The notes: a model not told the origin generated them from the sequence alone. A stretch of 64,000 nucleotides of DNA from Nannocystis bainbridge (GCF_028368995.1 NZ_JAQNDL010000002.1:1856001-1920000); one strand, 5' to 3'; counted from the first letter of the stretch, positions 20,962 to 31,839 are shown. Program-made: numbers and translations.

Positions 20962-22056
20962 TCACCCGCGGCGGGCGATCCGCGACTCGGGCGTGCCGGG
21001 GCCGATCGTGAACAGCGCCAGCGTCAGCTGACAGCCATCGGCGCTGACGGCCACCGGGCAGGTCACGAAGCCGGGCACGCGCAGCTGGGCGCTGCGGGTG
21101 ACGCCCTGCCAGGGGGCGTCCAGGCCGTCGCGTTCGGCGAACCACACCCCCGCGCGGCCGTCGTTGGGATCGCCGAAGCCGCCGCCCTCGCTGTCGAACG
21201 CGCCGAAGAACAGCCGCAGCCCGTCGGGCGCCAGCGCCGGACAGGCGAGCACGCCGAAGCCCGGGTCGGCCGGCGTCACCTCGACCGGCGCCACGTCGGG
21301 GAAGCTCGGGTGCACCTGCGGATCGCGGGCGACCTGCCAGAACTTGAAGCCGAGCTGGAACTGCCCCCACGCCGGCCCGTCGTCGCGCTGGAACAGCAGC
21401 GTCGCGCCGTCGGCGGTCGGGTTGGGGTGGCTCTCGACCCGATTGCCGAACGCCAGCGCCCCGCCCGCGACCGTCGGTACGCCCCACCCGTCGCCGTCGC
21501 GCGGCAGCACGTAGATGTCGCCGTTGCCGCCGAAGAACAGCTCCTGCGTGGCGGCGACGAACGCGGGGTGATCGGCCTCGAACGACGACGACGGCCACAC
21601 CGACGCCCCGGCCGGGAACGCCACCGCCGGGTCGTCGCGGACCGAGCGGACCACGTGCCACTGGCCGCCCAGGAACGCCCGCCAGTGCAGCGTCTCGGCG
21701 TCGGGCGACAGCATCGGCGAGCTGCCCGGCGGGTCGAGCCCCAGCGACTCGACCGCCCAGTCCTCGACCCCGAGGCCCCAGCAGCCGACCGGAGCGCCGG
21801 TCGTCTCGGTGGTCCCCGAGGACATGTCCGGAAGGACACCCGTGGTCGAAGACGAGGTCGTCGGCGAGCTCGTGCTCGCGTCGGTCGTGCCCGTCGGCGC
21901 CGATGTCGATGTCGTCGTCGTCGAGGTCGTCGTCGACGACGCCGTGGTCGCGCCGCCCGAGCCGCCGCCGGTCCCGCCTTCGCCGTCGAAGGCCGGGTTC
22001 TGTCGCAGGCAGCCAGCCACCAGCGCCGCCGCCGTCATCGCCCACGCGCGCCGCAT
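20962..22056 (-). CDS. Lipoprotein with Thr-rich linker and TolB/PD40-like propeller repeats
   Basis: Lipobox ALVAGC; repeats PMLSPDA, PTADGATLLF, PALAPDGLRLFF and PVAVSADG. Confidence 0.75.
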   Translation of the reverse strand: MRRAWAMTAAALVAGCLRQNPAFDGEGGTGGGSGGATTASSTTTSTTTTSTSAPTGTTDASTSSPTTSSSTTGVLPDMSSGTTETTGAPVGCWGLGVEDWAVESLGLDPPGSSPMLSPDAETLHWRAFLGGQWHVVRSVRDDPAVAFPAGASVWPSSSFEADHPAFVAATQELFFGGNGDIYVLPRDGDGWGVPTVAGGALAFGNRVESHPNPTADGATLLFQRDDGPAWGQFQLGFKFWQVARDPQVHPSFPDVAPVEVTPADPGFGVLACPALAPDGLRLFFGAFDSEGGGFGDPNDGRAGVWFAERDGLDAPWQGVTRSAQLRVPGFVTCPVAVSADGCQLTLALFTIGPGTPESRIARRG

Positions 22057-22147
22057 CTCCGATCGGCATAGCGGATCGCCGGCCCGCCGTCGACGTCCGC
22101 AAGGCCGGGCCCCGTGTGACCGACGTTCGGCGGCCGGCCCGCCGCTC

Positions 22148-24613
22148 TCACGGCCCGAGGATCGGCGCCTCGATGAACGCCGGGACCACGTCGTCGCGCA
22201 GGTGCACCCGCGCGACCAGCCCGTCGGGGTCGAGCCCCGCGGTCGCAAAGTCGAACACGTGGCCGATCCCGGACACGTACGGCACCTCGTGGGTGTCGCC
22301 GACCGGCAGGTCGTCCTTGGTGAACGACAGCGTCAGCGGCACGCGCAGGTGCACGGGCGCGTCGGCGGCGACCTCGGGATCGAGCAAGCGAAAGCCGCCG
22401 ACCGGCCACTTGTCGTCCATGACGTAGGCCGGCGGCGGCCGCGTCACGTCGAGCGTCAACTGACCGCCGGCGAGCACCGCCGAGAGCGCGTGCTCGGGCG
22501 CGAACGCGACCTCGAACGGCGCCGTCGTCAGCGCGTAGTCCTCGGTCGCCTGGCCGTCGAACGCGCGGCCGTCGATGCGCAGGCGATAGGTGCCGGCCGG
22601 CAGGTCCGCCGGCACCTGCCAGTCGACGAACCACTTCTGCTGGCGCTCGGCCAGCAGCTTGCCGTTGGGCTTGGGGTCCGGCGCGTAGTGGGTGAGCATG
22701 TGGTAGCGGCTGTTGTCGAGCGCCGCACCGGCCCAGCCGCTCGGCGACGCCACGTCGACGAAGCCGCCGCCGTCGTCGACCTGGACCGTCACGCGCGGCT
22801 CGCCGAGCCCCGGCTCGCCGCCGTTCCAGGCCGCCCGCAGCGTCTCGCCGCGCCAGATCGTCGGCGGCGGCTCGGCCGTCAGCCCGGGCGCGTCGACGCC
22901 GGCCTCGAGCGCGCGCGGCTCGAACGACTTGCCGACCGACAGCGACGGCGACTGCTCCGACCACACCGGCGAACCGTCGCCGGCGATCAGCGCCTCGACC
23001 TCGGTCATCTGCCCGTCGACCAGGTACTTGGCGAGCAGCGGGCCCCACAGGCTCATCTCCGACTCGTAGCCGCCCTGCAGCCAGTCGTCGGGCTGGGTCA
23101 GGTACAGCAGGTGATCCTGCGAGTAGCCGAACACCATGCCGTCGACGGCGCGGTCCTCGTAGGCGGTGCGCGCGTACTGAATCACCGACGCTGTCGGCTC
23201 GCCGGGCAGCGTCAGCATGTAGAAATCGTCGAGGCGCGCCACGGTCAAGTAGGTCTGATGGACCTCGCCGTGCGGCACCGTCTCGCCGAGCGACTCGAGC
23301 AGCCCTTGCATCGGCATGCAGTTCTTCGGCTTGCCCTCCAGGCTGGTCGCGGGGTTGCCGTCGTCGACGTCGGCCTCGGCGCCCTTGCACTGCCACGCGC
23401 CCCACAGGTACGGCCCGCCCTGCGCGTTCTGGAACTCGGGGTAGTCGTCGTAGCCCATCCCGCTGTACGTCAGGTCGATGCGGCGCGAACGGACCCCGAG
23501 CGTCGCCTCGTCGCGCCACTCGATCGCGTCGTAGAGCGCGAGGATCCGCGGCGCCGCGGCGTGACCGATGCGCTCGATGCGGGCCGGCTCCGGGTGGCCG
23601 AGGCCGTCGCCCGCGGGCGAGGCGTCGCCGCCGCCCGACTGCGCGAACATGCCGAAGATCGGCTGGCCCTTGGCGGCGAAGAACGCCTCCTCGAACTTCA
23701 TCTCGAGCCCGCCCGCCGCGTCCTCGGTGAACAGCTCGTTGGGCGAGTCGAACACCGTGCCGTGCATGCCGAAGTTGATTACCGTCGCCATCGGCGTGCC
23801 GTCGGGCCGGCGCACCGCCAGCAGCGTCAGGCGGGCGTCCTTGCCGTACGTCGGGTCGTTCTCGCCGCGGCGGTCGCGGTACACCGCGTCGTCCGGATCC
23901 CAGTCGTCCAGCCACGTCGCGCCCCACTGCGCCGGCGCCAGGTCGGCGACCGCGGCCGCGATCACGTCGGCCATCGCCGTCGTCATGCGATCGATCAGCT
24001 CCTCGTCGGGCGAGTCGCCGCCGACGAACCCGAGCGGCGCCGGCAGCCGCCAGTAGCGGGCCAGGTTGTGGTGCGAGTGCGTCGCGGCGGTGATGAGGCG
24101 GCCGGTGATGTCGATGCCGTGGTCGGCCTTGAGCTTCTCGATCGCGCCCTCGGTCAGCGAGTGCTCCGAGCTCATCGTCGGCATCTTCATCACCACCAGC
24201 CGCTCGCCGCCGACCTCGATCACCATCGCCTTGATCGTGCCGAGCCCGTAGAAGCCGCTCGCGCCGTTCAGCAGGTGGTTCCACGGCGTGTTGTTGGTGA
24301 CCGTCCGCCCGCCGTAGCCGGCCATCGACGCGCCGACCGGTCCGGTCAGATAACCGACGGCCACGCCGGCCTGGATCGGGCCCTGCGGCAGCGGATCGAT
24401 CTCTTCCGTGGTGCTGGCGGTCGTCCCGCTGGAGGTCGTCGGCGGCGCCCCGGACGAGGTCGGTGTCACATCGGTGGACGAGCCGGTGGCGGCGGTCGCG
24501 TCCGACGTCGACGAGGCGTCCGTGGCCGACGTCTCCGCGGCCGAACCCGGACAACCTGCCAGCGCGAGCGCCGCGAAGGCCCGCCACCACCAAAGCTGCT
24601 GCTTCATCATCAT
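22148..24613 (-). CDS. Neutral/alkaline non-lysosomal ceramidase-family lipoprotein
   Basis: Lipobox LALAGC; motifs MAGYG, ATHSH, NFGMHGT, GDASP, LPGEP and Y...GGYE. Confidence 0.8.
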   Translation of the reverse strand: MMMKQQLWWWRAFAALALAGCPGSAAETSATDASSTSDATAATGSSTDVTPTSSGAPPTTSSGTTASTTEEIDPLPQGPIQAGVAVGYLTGPVGASMAGYGGRTVTNNTPWNHLLNGASGFYGLGTIKAMVIEVGGERLVVMKMPTMSSEHSLTEGAIEKLKADHGIDITGRLITAATHSHHNLARYWRLPAPLGFVGGDSPDEELIDRMTTAMADVIAAAVADLAPAQWGATWLDDWDPDDAVYRDRRGENDPTYGKDARLTLLAVRRPDGTPMATVINFGMHGTVFDSPNELFTEDAAGGLEMKFEEAFFAAKGQPIFGMFAQSGGGDASPAGDGLGHPEPARIERIGHAAAPRILALYDAIEWRDEATLGVRSRRIDLTYSGMGYDDYPEFQNAQGGPYLWGAWQCKGAEADVDDGNPATSLEGKPKNCMPMQGLLESLGETVPHGEVHQTYLTVARLDDFYMLTLPGEPTASVIQYARTAYEDRAVDGMVFGYSQDHLLYLTQPDDWLQGGYESEMSLWGPLLAKYLVDGQMTEVEALIAGDGSPVWSEQSPSLSVGKSFEPRALEAGVDAPGLTAEPPPTIWRGETLRAAWNGGEPGLGEPRVTVQVDDGGGFVDVASPSGWAGAALDNSRYHMLTHYAPDPKPNGKLLAERQQKWFVDWQVPADLPAGTYRLRIDGRAFDGQATEDYALTTAPFEVAFAPEHALSAVLAGGQLTLDVTRPPPAYVMDDKWPVGGFRLLDPEVAADAPVHLRVPLTLSFTKDDLPVGDTHEVPYVSGIGHVFDFATAGLDPDGLVARVHLRDDVVPAFIEAPILGP

Positions 24614-24769
24614 CGCCGACTATACCGTCGCGTGACCGCGACAGATCCGCGCCAGCGCGGCCGGGGCGTGCACGCGAGCTCACGCTCCCCGCTGCGCCCG
24701 CGCCCGCGGGGCCCCGGCTCCGCCGACAAAGCTGGCTGCCTTTGCTAGCCTCGGGACCTCGCGCCCGTT

Positions 24770-26236
24770 GTGACCCCCCTCGCCGGTGCCCTCTTCGCAG
24801 CCACGTGCCTCGCCGCGCGAGCGTCGGGCCTCGCCTCGTCGTGGGCGCAAGAACCTGTCTCGAAGGACAGCGAGCTCGCGCCCGAGCTGACGCCGCCGAG
24901 CGATGTGGCGCCGCCGAGCGGGCCGCTCAAGTCGGACGCCGCGGTCGGTGGGGGCCCCGAGCCGACCCCTGTGCCTGCGGCCGCGCTGCCGCCCGCCACC
25001 GTGCCCGAGGGCGCGCGCCCGGACACCATGATGACGCCGGCCGGTCCGGCGCCGAACCTGCCGCCGCGTGAGCGCGTGCGCTGGGGCTGGTTGACCCACC
25101 CGCTGTCGCCGACGCCGAGCCAGTATCAGATCCGCAAGGGCCAGAGCCCGCACCGCGTGCTGCCGCTGCCGAGCGTGCGCTCCCAGCCCGGCGTCGGCCT
25201 CATGCTCGGCGCCAACATCTCGTACGCCTATCGCCGCAAAGAGGGCGACCCCAACCGCATCTACATGATCTTCGAGTCGCGGGTGTCGCTGAAGAAGGTC
25301 CAGGACCACAGCTTCTTCATCCGCCTGCGCGATCTCCTGCGCCGCGAAGAGGTGTTCGAGTTCGGCGTGCTCGGCTACGTCGACCCCGTGTTCCCGTACT
25401 ACGGGATCGGCAACAACAACAACCTCGAGGGCATCGACCTCCAGGCTCGCTACTACCAGGCCCACCTCAACACCGTCGGCGGCTCGCTGACCTACCAGCA
25501 CCCGCTGTGGCGCCTGCAGGCCCTCGGCGACAAGCCGCCGGGGATGCTGCGCTCGTACGCCGGCCTGGCCTACTACGCCGACCGCGTGCGCACCTACGAC
25601 AACTCGCTGCTGCAGGCCGAGAACCCGGCCGCCGACCTCAGCGCCCGCCGTGGCCTCATCCGCCTCGGCCTGACGTGGGACCGCCGCGACAACGAGTGGA
25701 GCCCCGGCAAGGGCAGCCTGTTCGACGTCATCGTCGACAACGCGGGCCCGTGGACCGGCTCGACCGACGCGTGGGGCCGGCTGTCGGCCAACTTCCGCAC
25801 CTACTGGACGCTCGGCGTGGACAAGCTGGTGCTGGCCCACCGCCTGAGCTTCGACGCGCTGTGGGGCGACGCGCCGCTGGTCCCGCTCGGCGAGTTCGGC
25901 GGGCTGCTGACCACCGACGGCCTCGGCGGGGCGTCGGCCGGCCGCGGCTGGATGCGGCGCCGCTACATCGGCCGCCTGAAGGCGTTCGGCAGCCTCGAGC
26001 TGCGCTTCGAACCGCTCGAGCTGAAGGTCCGCCGCCACACGCTGGGCATCGGCCTCAAGGGCTTCGTCGATCTGGGCGTGGTGGCCGACCGCATGCAAGA
26101 CCTGCCGAAGCACTGGCATGTGTCCGGAGGGACCGGTCTGCAGGTGATCTGGGACCAGTTCGCGGTGCTGCGGCTCGACGCCGGCTTCTCGCGCGAGAGC
26201 TTCGGCATCTACTTCATCAACGAGCACGCGTTCTGA
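24770..26236 (+). CDS. BamA/TamA (Omp85) family outer-membrane protein
   Basis: Pro-rich N-terminus; YYGIGN, WDRRDNEWSPGKG, GRGW..RRY, ELRF, FVDLG and terminal EHAF. Confidence 0.85.
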   Translation: MTPLAGALFAATCLAARASGLASSWAQEPVSKDSELAPELTPPSDVAPPSGPLKSDAAVGGGPEPTPVPAAALPPATVPEGARPDTMMTPAGPAPNLPPRERVRWGWLTHPLSPTPSQYQIRKGQSPHRVLPLPSVRSQPGVGLMLGANISYAYRRKEGDPNRIYMIFESRVSLKKVQDHSFFIRLRDLLRREEVFEFGVLGYVDPVFPYYGIGNNNNLEGIDLQARYYQAHLNTVGGSLTYQHPLWRLQALGDKPPGMLRSYAGLAYYADRVRTYDNSLLQAENPAADLSARRGLIRLGLTWDRRDNEWSPGKGSLFDVIVDNAGPWTGSTDAWGRLSANFRTYWTLGVDKLVLAHRLSFDALWGDAPLVPLGEFGGLLTTDGLGGASAGRGWMRRRYIGRLKAFGSLELRFEPLELKVRRHTLGIGLKGFVDLGVVADRMQDLPKHWHVSGGTGLQVIWDQFAVLRLDAGFSRESFGIYFINEHAF

Positions 26237-26303
26237 GGCGCTGACTCGCGGGCGCGCGGCAGGGCTCGCGCGGGTCGCTCCGCAACTGCCGACTGCGGCT
26301 CGA

Positions 26304-26459
26304 GAGGCCGACCCGCACGCGGCCGCCGTCGCGGGCACGAAAAAAAGACACGCCTCTCTGCGCGCCCTCTTCGAGAGGCCGACGCACACGCGATCGCCGG
26401 CACGCACGCGGCCGCATCGCGCGCACGGAGAAAGGCGCGCCTCTCGGCGCGCCCCCTTC
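26304..26459. repeat. Degenerate direct repeat, 2 copies, between convergent genes
   Basis: GAGGCCGAC..GCACGCGGCCGC..TCGCG.GCACG.A.AAAG..CGCCTCTC.GCGCGCCC..TTC occurs twice (near 26304 and 26375). Confidence 0.55.
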
Positions 26460-26490
26460 ACGTCTCACCTGTCCTTGCGGACAGCTTCGC

Positions 26491-27726
26491 TCAATCGGCG
26501 TCGCCGGCTTCGGGCTCGGCCTTGGCGTCGTCGCCGGCGGGCGCGGGGCCGCGGGCCTTCATCTCGATGGGCGGGTGGCCGGCCGGCATCTCGCTCGGGT
26601 TGACCACGGCCGGGCGCTTGGGGCCGCGCGGGTCGGGGCCGAGCAGCTCCTCCATCTTGTTCTGGACCTTGTACTTGGCCAGCAGCGCGTCCTTCAGCTC
26701 GCGGCGGCCCTGGTGGAGCTTGCGCTGGCTGAGGCGCTCCTTGATCTGGTCGGCGAGCGCCTCCTTGGGCAGGTCGCCGGGCGGGTACTTGGCCAGGATC
26801 TTGATGATGTGGATGCCGAACTTGGTCTCGACGGGCTTCGAGATCTCGCCGGGCTTGAGCTTGAAGGCCGCGACGCTGAACTCCTCGACCATGCGGTCCT
26901 TGGTGAAGATGCCGAGGTCACCGCCCTTGTCGGCGCTGGGGCCGACCGAGTTCTCCTTGGCCAGCTGCGTGAAGTCGGCGCCCGCTGCGGTGGCCTTCTT
27001 GTAAAGCTCGTCGGCCTTGGCCACCGCCTCCTTGCGCCACTTGTCCTTGTCCTCCTGCGACGGCTCGGGCGGCTTCTCGCCCATCGGCGTCGGCTGCTCC
27101 TGCGGCCCGATCGGGATCAGGATGTGCGCGGCGTGGATCCGCTCGCCCTCCGACTTGTAGTTGGGCTTGATCTTCTCGTACTCCTCGTCGACCTCGGCGC
27201 TGGTGACCTCCAGCTTGCCGTCCTTCTCGAGGAACTGCTGCTCGAGGATCTCGGCCACGTACATGTCGCGGAGGCTCTGCTCGGTCTCGCCGCGGCGCTG
27301 CAGGTGCTTGTCCCAGTCCTTGATGCCCTGCTTCTGCTGGGTCTCGCGCTCGGCAAGCTTGGCAGCGTCGGCCTCGACGCCGCGGGCCTTGGCCTCCTGG
27401 CGCAGGATCTCGTTGTAGACCAGGCGCTCGGTGATCGACTTGCGATAGCGCCGGTCGGCCGACGGCGGGATCTCGCGGCCGCGGTCGGTGTACTTCTTCA
27501 CCTTGAGGTCGTAGATGTCCTTGAACTGGGCCAGCGGGATCGCGACCTCGTTGACGGTGGCGATGACTTCCGGAAGCGCCGGCAGGCCCTCGCCCGCGGC
27601 GGCCTTGGTCGGCTGCTCCGGGGCGGCCTTCTCGTCGGTCTTCTGCGGCGTGGGCGTGCTCGGCGAGCAGCCGACGGCGAGGGCGAGACAAAGTCCGAGG
27701 GACACGCGAGGGACGAAGCGAAGCAT
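26491..27726 (-). CDS. SurA/PrsA-like parvulin peptidyl-prolyl isomerase lipoprotein
   Basis: Lipobox LAVGC; SurA-N-like region; HILI, GGDLG, ISKPVETKFGIHII. Confidence 0.93.
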   Translation of the reverse strand: MLRFVPRVSLGLCLALAVGCSPSTPTPQKTDEKAAPEQPTKAAAGEGLPALPEVIATVNEVAIPLAQFKDIYDLKVKKYTDRGREIPPSADRRYRKSITERLVYNEILRQEAKARGVEADAAKLAERETQQKQGIKDWDKHLQRRGETEQSLRDMYVAEILEQQFLEKDGKLEVTSAEVDEEYEKIKPNYKSEGERIHAAHILIPIGPQEQPTPMGEKPPEPSQEDKDKWRKEAVAKADELYKKATAAGADFTQLAKENSVGPSADKGGDLGIFTKDRMVEEFSVAAFKLKPGEISKPVETKFGIHIIKILAKYPPGDLPKEALADQIKERLSQRKLHQGRRELKDALLAKYKVQNKMEELLGPDPRGPKRPAVVNPSEMPAGHPPIEMKARGPAPAGDDAKAEPEAGDAD

Positions 27727-27953
27727 TCTGTTCTCCTGGCCGAAGCGAAGCGGGCTGAGCCCGTGCAGACCGGTCGCCGCATTCGCGCGGCGACCGCAGG
27801 GCGTCGGCGGCGCGAGATTGTAAGCCGGAGCGAGCGTCCGATCCAAGCGGCGACAAGCGCGGCCCCCCCGGCGCAACGGACCCGCCCCCCGGAGACCGCG
27901 CGTGAGCCTCCCCCGCGGCGCCTGCGGCGATTTTCGCGTAGCATCCCGCGCCC

Positions 27954-29348
27954 ATGACCCGCCTGGTCCAGATCCGCGGCACGAGGACGGCGCCGGAGCC
28001 GCCCATGACCGCGCAGGAGCTGCCCGCCACGTCGGAGCTCCCCGGAGTCGCCGGGCCGCGCGTCTACGTCGAGACCCTCGGCTGCCAGATGAACGAGGCC
28101 GACTCTTCGCTCATCGTCGGCCAGCTGGCGGCCCGCGGCTACGTGCGCGTGCCCGATCCGGCGACCGCCGACGTGATCCTGCTCAACACCTGCGCGGTCC
28201 GGGAAAAGGCCGAGGAGCGGGTCTACGGGCGCACCAGCCAGCTGCTGCGGCACAAGAAGGACAATCCGGATCTGGTGTTCGGCATTACCGGGTGCATGGC
28301 CGAGCACCTGCGCGACAAGGTCCAGAAGCAGGCGCCGCACATCGGCCTGGTCGCCGGCCCCGACAGCTACCGCCGGATCGGCAGCCTGGTCGACCGCGCG
28401 CGCGCCGGGGAGCGCGTCGTCGACGTCGCCCTCGACCGCGAGGAGACCTACGACGGCCTCGACGGGGTGCCCGACGACGACGGCGTCAGCGGTCAGGTCA
28501 CGATCCAGCGCGGCTGCGACAAGTTCTGCACGTTCTGCGTGGTCCCGTACACCCGCGGCCGCGAGCGCGGCGTGGCCCCGCGCGAGGTCCTGCGCCAGGC
28601 CAGGCAGCTGGCCGAGCGCGGTTACAAAGAGATCGTCCTGCTCGGCCAGACGGTCAACTCGTACGTGTGGGAGGACGCGAGCTTCGCCGACCTGCTGCGG
28701 GCGATCGCGGCGCTCGATGGGATCGAGCGGATCCGCTTCACGAGCCCCTACCCCGTCGACTTCACCGACCCGCTGATCGCGACGATGGCCGAGCTCGAGA
28801 AGGTGTGCCCGTACATCCACCTGCCGGCGCAGTCCGGCTCGGATCGGATGCTGACGGCGATGAAGCGCGGCTACTCGCGCGGCGAGTTCGTCGATCTGGT
28901 CGGCCGCCTGCGCGCCGCCATGCCCGACCTGGCGCTGTCGACCGATCTGATGGTCGGCTTCTGCGGCGAGACCGAAGAGGATCACGCCGAGACGCTGTCG
29001 CTGATGCGCGAGGTCCGGTTCGACTCGGCGTTCATGTTCCGCTACAGCGACCGCGGGATCACCTACGCCGCCCGCAAGCTGCAGGACGACGTGCCCGACG
29101 AGGTCAAGGGCCGCCGCCTGCAAGAGGTCATCGAGCTGCAGGAGCAGCACACCCGCGCGTCGCACCACGCCCGCGTCGGCAAGCGCGAGCGCGTGCTCAT
29201 CAGCGGCCTGTCCCACCGCGGCGACCGGGTGCTCGGCCGCACGCCCCGGTTCCAGAGCGTGCTGCTGCCCCTCGGGACAGGTTCTCCGGGACAGACGATC
29301 GAGGTCGCCATCTCGGCGACGACGGGCCACTCGCTCATCGCCAGCTGA
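27954..29348 (+). CDS. miaB: tRNA-2-methylthio-N6-dimethylallyladenosine synthase
   Basis: TLGCQMNEADS, NTCAVREKAE, radical SAM motif GCDKFCTFC, HLPAQSGS and a C-terminal TRAM-like region. Confidence 0.96.
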   Translation: MTRLVQIRGTRTAPEPPMTAQELPATSELPGVAGPRVYVETLGCQMNEADSSLIVGQLAARGYVRVPDPATADVILLNTCAVREKAEERVYGRTSQLLRHKKDNPDLVFGITGCMAEHLRDKVQKQAPHIGLVAGPDSYRRIGSLVDRARAGERVVDVALDREETYDGLDGVPDDDGVSGQVTIQRGCDKFCTFCVVPYTRGRERGVAPREVLRQARQLAERGYKEIVLLGQTVNSYVWEDASFADLLRAIAALDGIERIRFTSPYPVDFTDPLIATMAELEKVCPYIHLPAQSGSDRMLTAMKRGYSRGEFVDLVGRLRAAMPDLALSTDLMVGFCGETEEDHAETLSLMREVRFDSAFMFRYSDRGITYAARKLQDDVPDEVKGRRLQEVIELQEQHTRASHHARVGKRERVLISGLSHRGDRVLGRTPRFQSVLLPLGTGSPGQTIEVAISATTGHSLIAS

Positions 29349-29361
29349 GCGCGGCGCCGTC

Positions 29362-30214
29362 TCACTCGGCGGCCGCCGTCGACTCCGCGCGAGCCAGCAG
29401 CGCCGCTCGCCGGGCCCGGCTCAAGTACAAGAAATTCGCCGGCAGCCCGAAGCGCAGCGGCGCCTGCGTCGCCGGCGAGTCCTTCGCCGGGAAGCGCTCT
29501 GCCAGCGCCGCCGCCGCGCGCACGAGCGTGCGGTCGATCGCCCCGAGGTCGTACTCGGCCCCGAGCTGCAGCTTCGCGCGGACTGGCGGCGGCACGATCG
29601 ACACCGCGGCGCGGGCGACCGCGCGGTAGAAGAACCCGAGCCCGCGGGCCCAGTCGGTCCATCATCGCCGCGAAGTCGGCCTCGCACGTGAGCACGTTCT
29701 GGACCCCGTAGAGGCGGGCGACCGGACCGCTCTCGGCGAAGTAGCGGTCGCGGTCGGCGGCGGACACCGGGGCGACGAAGCGGTCGTACGCGGTGAGGAA
29801 CCCGTAGACCGCGGTCGCGCTGACCCAGTCGAGCAGCTCCGGGTCGAGCGCCCGGTACGGTTCACCGGCCGGCGTCGCGCCGTTGACCTTCGCGTGCAGC
29901 TTGTTGACGCCGGCGATCACCCGCCGCGCTGCGCTCTGCGGCCCGAACGCGCCGACCATCGCCGCGATCGCGGTCCGCCGCGAGCGACCGACCGGGTCGG
30001 CCTTGTACGTCGAGTGGTCCCATACGCCGCTGCGGATCCGCGCGTCCGCGAACTCGAGCAGCACCGCCGCGATGCCGCCGATCGCCAGCGCCACCGGGTT
30101 CTTGTAGATGCGCCAGTGGACCGAGTCCGGGCCGACGAAGCCGGGCTCGCCCCGCGGGTTCGCGTAGTCGATCTGCCAGCCCATGTACCGCGCCCGCGAA
30201 TCACTGGAGCCCAT
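29362..30214 (-). pseudogene. MpaB/DUF2236 oxygenase-family gene, frameshifted near 29645
   Basis: The N-terminal part (GPDSVHW, GVWDHS, YRALDPELLDWV) is in one frame. The C-terminal part (ARAAVSIVPPPVR..LGAEY..DSPATQA..GLP.NFLY) is in another. Confidence 0.75.
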
Positions 30215-30318
30215 GCCGCACCTCCCGAGGACAGCGATCGTATGACCGTCCTTCGCGCCGCGGGCAAGCCTCGCCGCGAGCGGGCCCGCGCTCAGAGTCA
30301 CGTCGGGGGCCGTCCTAG

Positions 30319-30370
30319 TCACATGTTCCTTCAGACATGCTCTTTCGAACATGCCTTCGAGGCCATGTCC
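30319..30370. repeat. 14-bp-period palindrome array (array 4)
   Basis: CATG at 30322, 30336, 30350 and 30364. Confidence 0.85.
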
Positions 30371-30573
30371 GGGGCGGCTCCCCGCCCCCACGCGTGCTCG
30401 GTGTCGGCGCGGCGTGCCGAAGCGCGAGAGACTGCGCCGCTGCGCCGCGAGTCCTGGTCTCGCCGGTGGTCGGCGGCGGCAGCAAGAGCGGCGGCGCCCT
30501 CGCTCGCGACCCAAACGCGAAGGGCCCGCGCCGCAGCGGCGCGAGCCCTCGCTCGGGACGGCCTGCGTCGGCC

Positions 30574-31839
30574 TCAGAAGTTGAAGCCGAAGCCGAAGCC
30601 CTGCATGCCGCGGCTGAGGATCGGGCCGCCGCGGACGTTCTGGATCCGCGACACCGACTTGAGGCTCTTCTCGGTCTTGATGAAGTCCTTCGCGTCGGTG
30701 CGGTCCTGGTAGATGATGACCGCGAGCACGCCGGCGAGCAGGACGGTGGTGAGCAGGGCGACGTCGCCGCCGATCAGGCGGTTGCGCATCGTGTTGCCCT
30801 TGTCGGCCACGTCCGAGGCCATGGCGGTGTACTCCTGGGACTGCAGCGGGTCCGTCTTGTCGAGCTTCGAGTTGTTGAGGTCGTCGAGCGCCGACTTGTA
30901 CGGGCCGCGGGCCGCGAGGCCCAGCGAGTAGAAGATGCCGGTGGTGAGCAGGGCGCCGGCGGTGAGGCCGAGGGCCACCCACGCGCGGGTCTGGAAGTAG
31001 CCGAACACCGGGCCGCGCTTGCACACCGGGCGCAGGTCCTTGGGGTCGTCCTTGTTGACGCGCGGCTTGGGCGGGCCGTTGCGGCAGAAGTCCTTGAAGT
31101 CCTTCTTGAGGTCGACCTTGACGTTGCTGGTGTCGATGAGCTCACCCTGGCCGGCCGCGACCTTGCCGACGGCGTCGTCGATCGCCGCCTTCTCGGCCGC
31201 CAGCTCCTCGGGGGTCTTGGCCGGCTCGTCGAGCTCGGCGAGGATCTTCTGCTCCTCGGCCGTGGCCGGGGCGACGGGCGTGCGATAGTTGTTGAGCGTC
31301 GTGACCATCGCCCGCGGCAGCGCGAGCGGGAGGATCAGGTCGTCGGGGTTGATCGTCGGCGTGAACTCCTTGACCTTGGCCTTCTTGGCGACGTCGTAGA
31401 CGACGATCGAGCTCGGCGTGGTCGGCCCGCCGACGGTGCCGTAGATCAGGTAGTCGTAGCCGGTGCCCGACTTGGCGGCGCCCTTGTTGAGCCACTCGAT
31501 GACCTTGCCGACGCACGCGTCGGCCCCGCCCTTGCACTTGACCTTGCCGGCGGCGCCGTCGATGTCGAGCGCGACACCCTTGACGGTGTAACCGGCGGCG
31601 CTCATGTCGGTCAGGATCTGCGAGCGCAGCCCCTCGGCCGCCGCCGGGTCGCCGCTCAGGCGAAACAAACCGATCGTGTTGCCGGTCGAAGCAGGAGCCG
31701 GCGCCGCGGCGAACATGCCGAAGGACGCCGGCGAGGACGCAGCCGCGGGCAACGGCGAGAAGGCGAGCGCCGCACAGAGGACGCCGGTAAAGGCGCGGAG
31801 GAGCGGCGACGGGCGAGACGACGTGATGGCTGCGGTCAT
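30574..31839 (-). CDS. Exported or membrane hypothetical protein of myxobacterial type
   Basis: Signal peptide, two C-terminal hydrophobic segments and terminal strand GFGFGFNF; strong GC3 bias. Confidence 0.8.
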   Translation of the reverse strand: MTAAITSSRPSPLLRAFTGVLCAALAFSPLPAAASSPASFGMFAAAPAPASTGNTIGLFRLSGDPAAAEGLRSQILTDMSAAGYTVKGVALDIDGAAGKVKCKGGADACVGKVIEWLNKGAAKSGTGYDYLIYGTVGGPTTPSSIVVYDVAKKAKVKEFTPTINPDDLILPLALPRAMVTTLNNYRTPVAPATAEEQKILAELDEPAKTPEELAAEKAAIDDAVGKVAAGQGELIDTSNVKVDLKKDFKDFCRNGPPKPRVNKDDPKDLRPVCKRGPVFGYFQTRAWVALGLTAGALLTTGIFYSLGLAARGPYKSALDDLNNSKLDKTDPLQSQEYTAMASDVADKGNTMRNRLIGGDVALLTTVLLAGVLAVIIYQDRTDAKDFIKTEKSLKSVSRIQNVRGGPILSRGMQGFGFGFNF

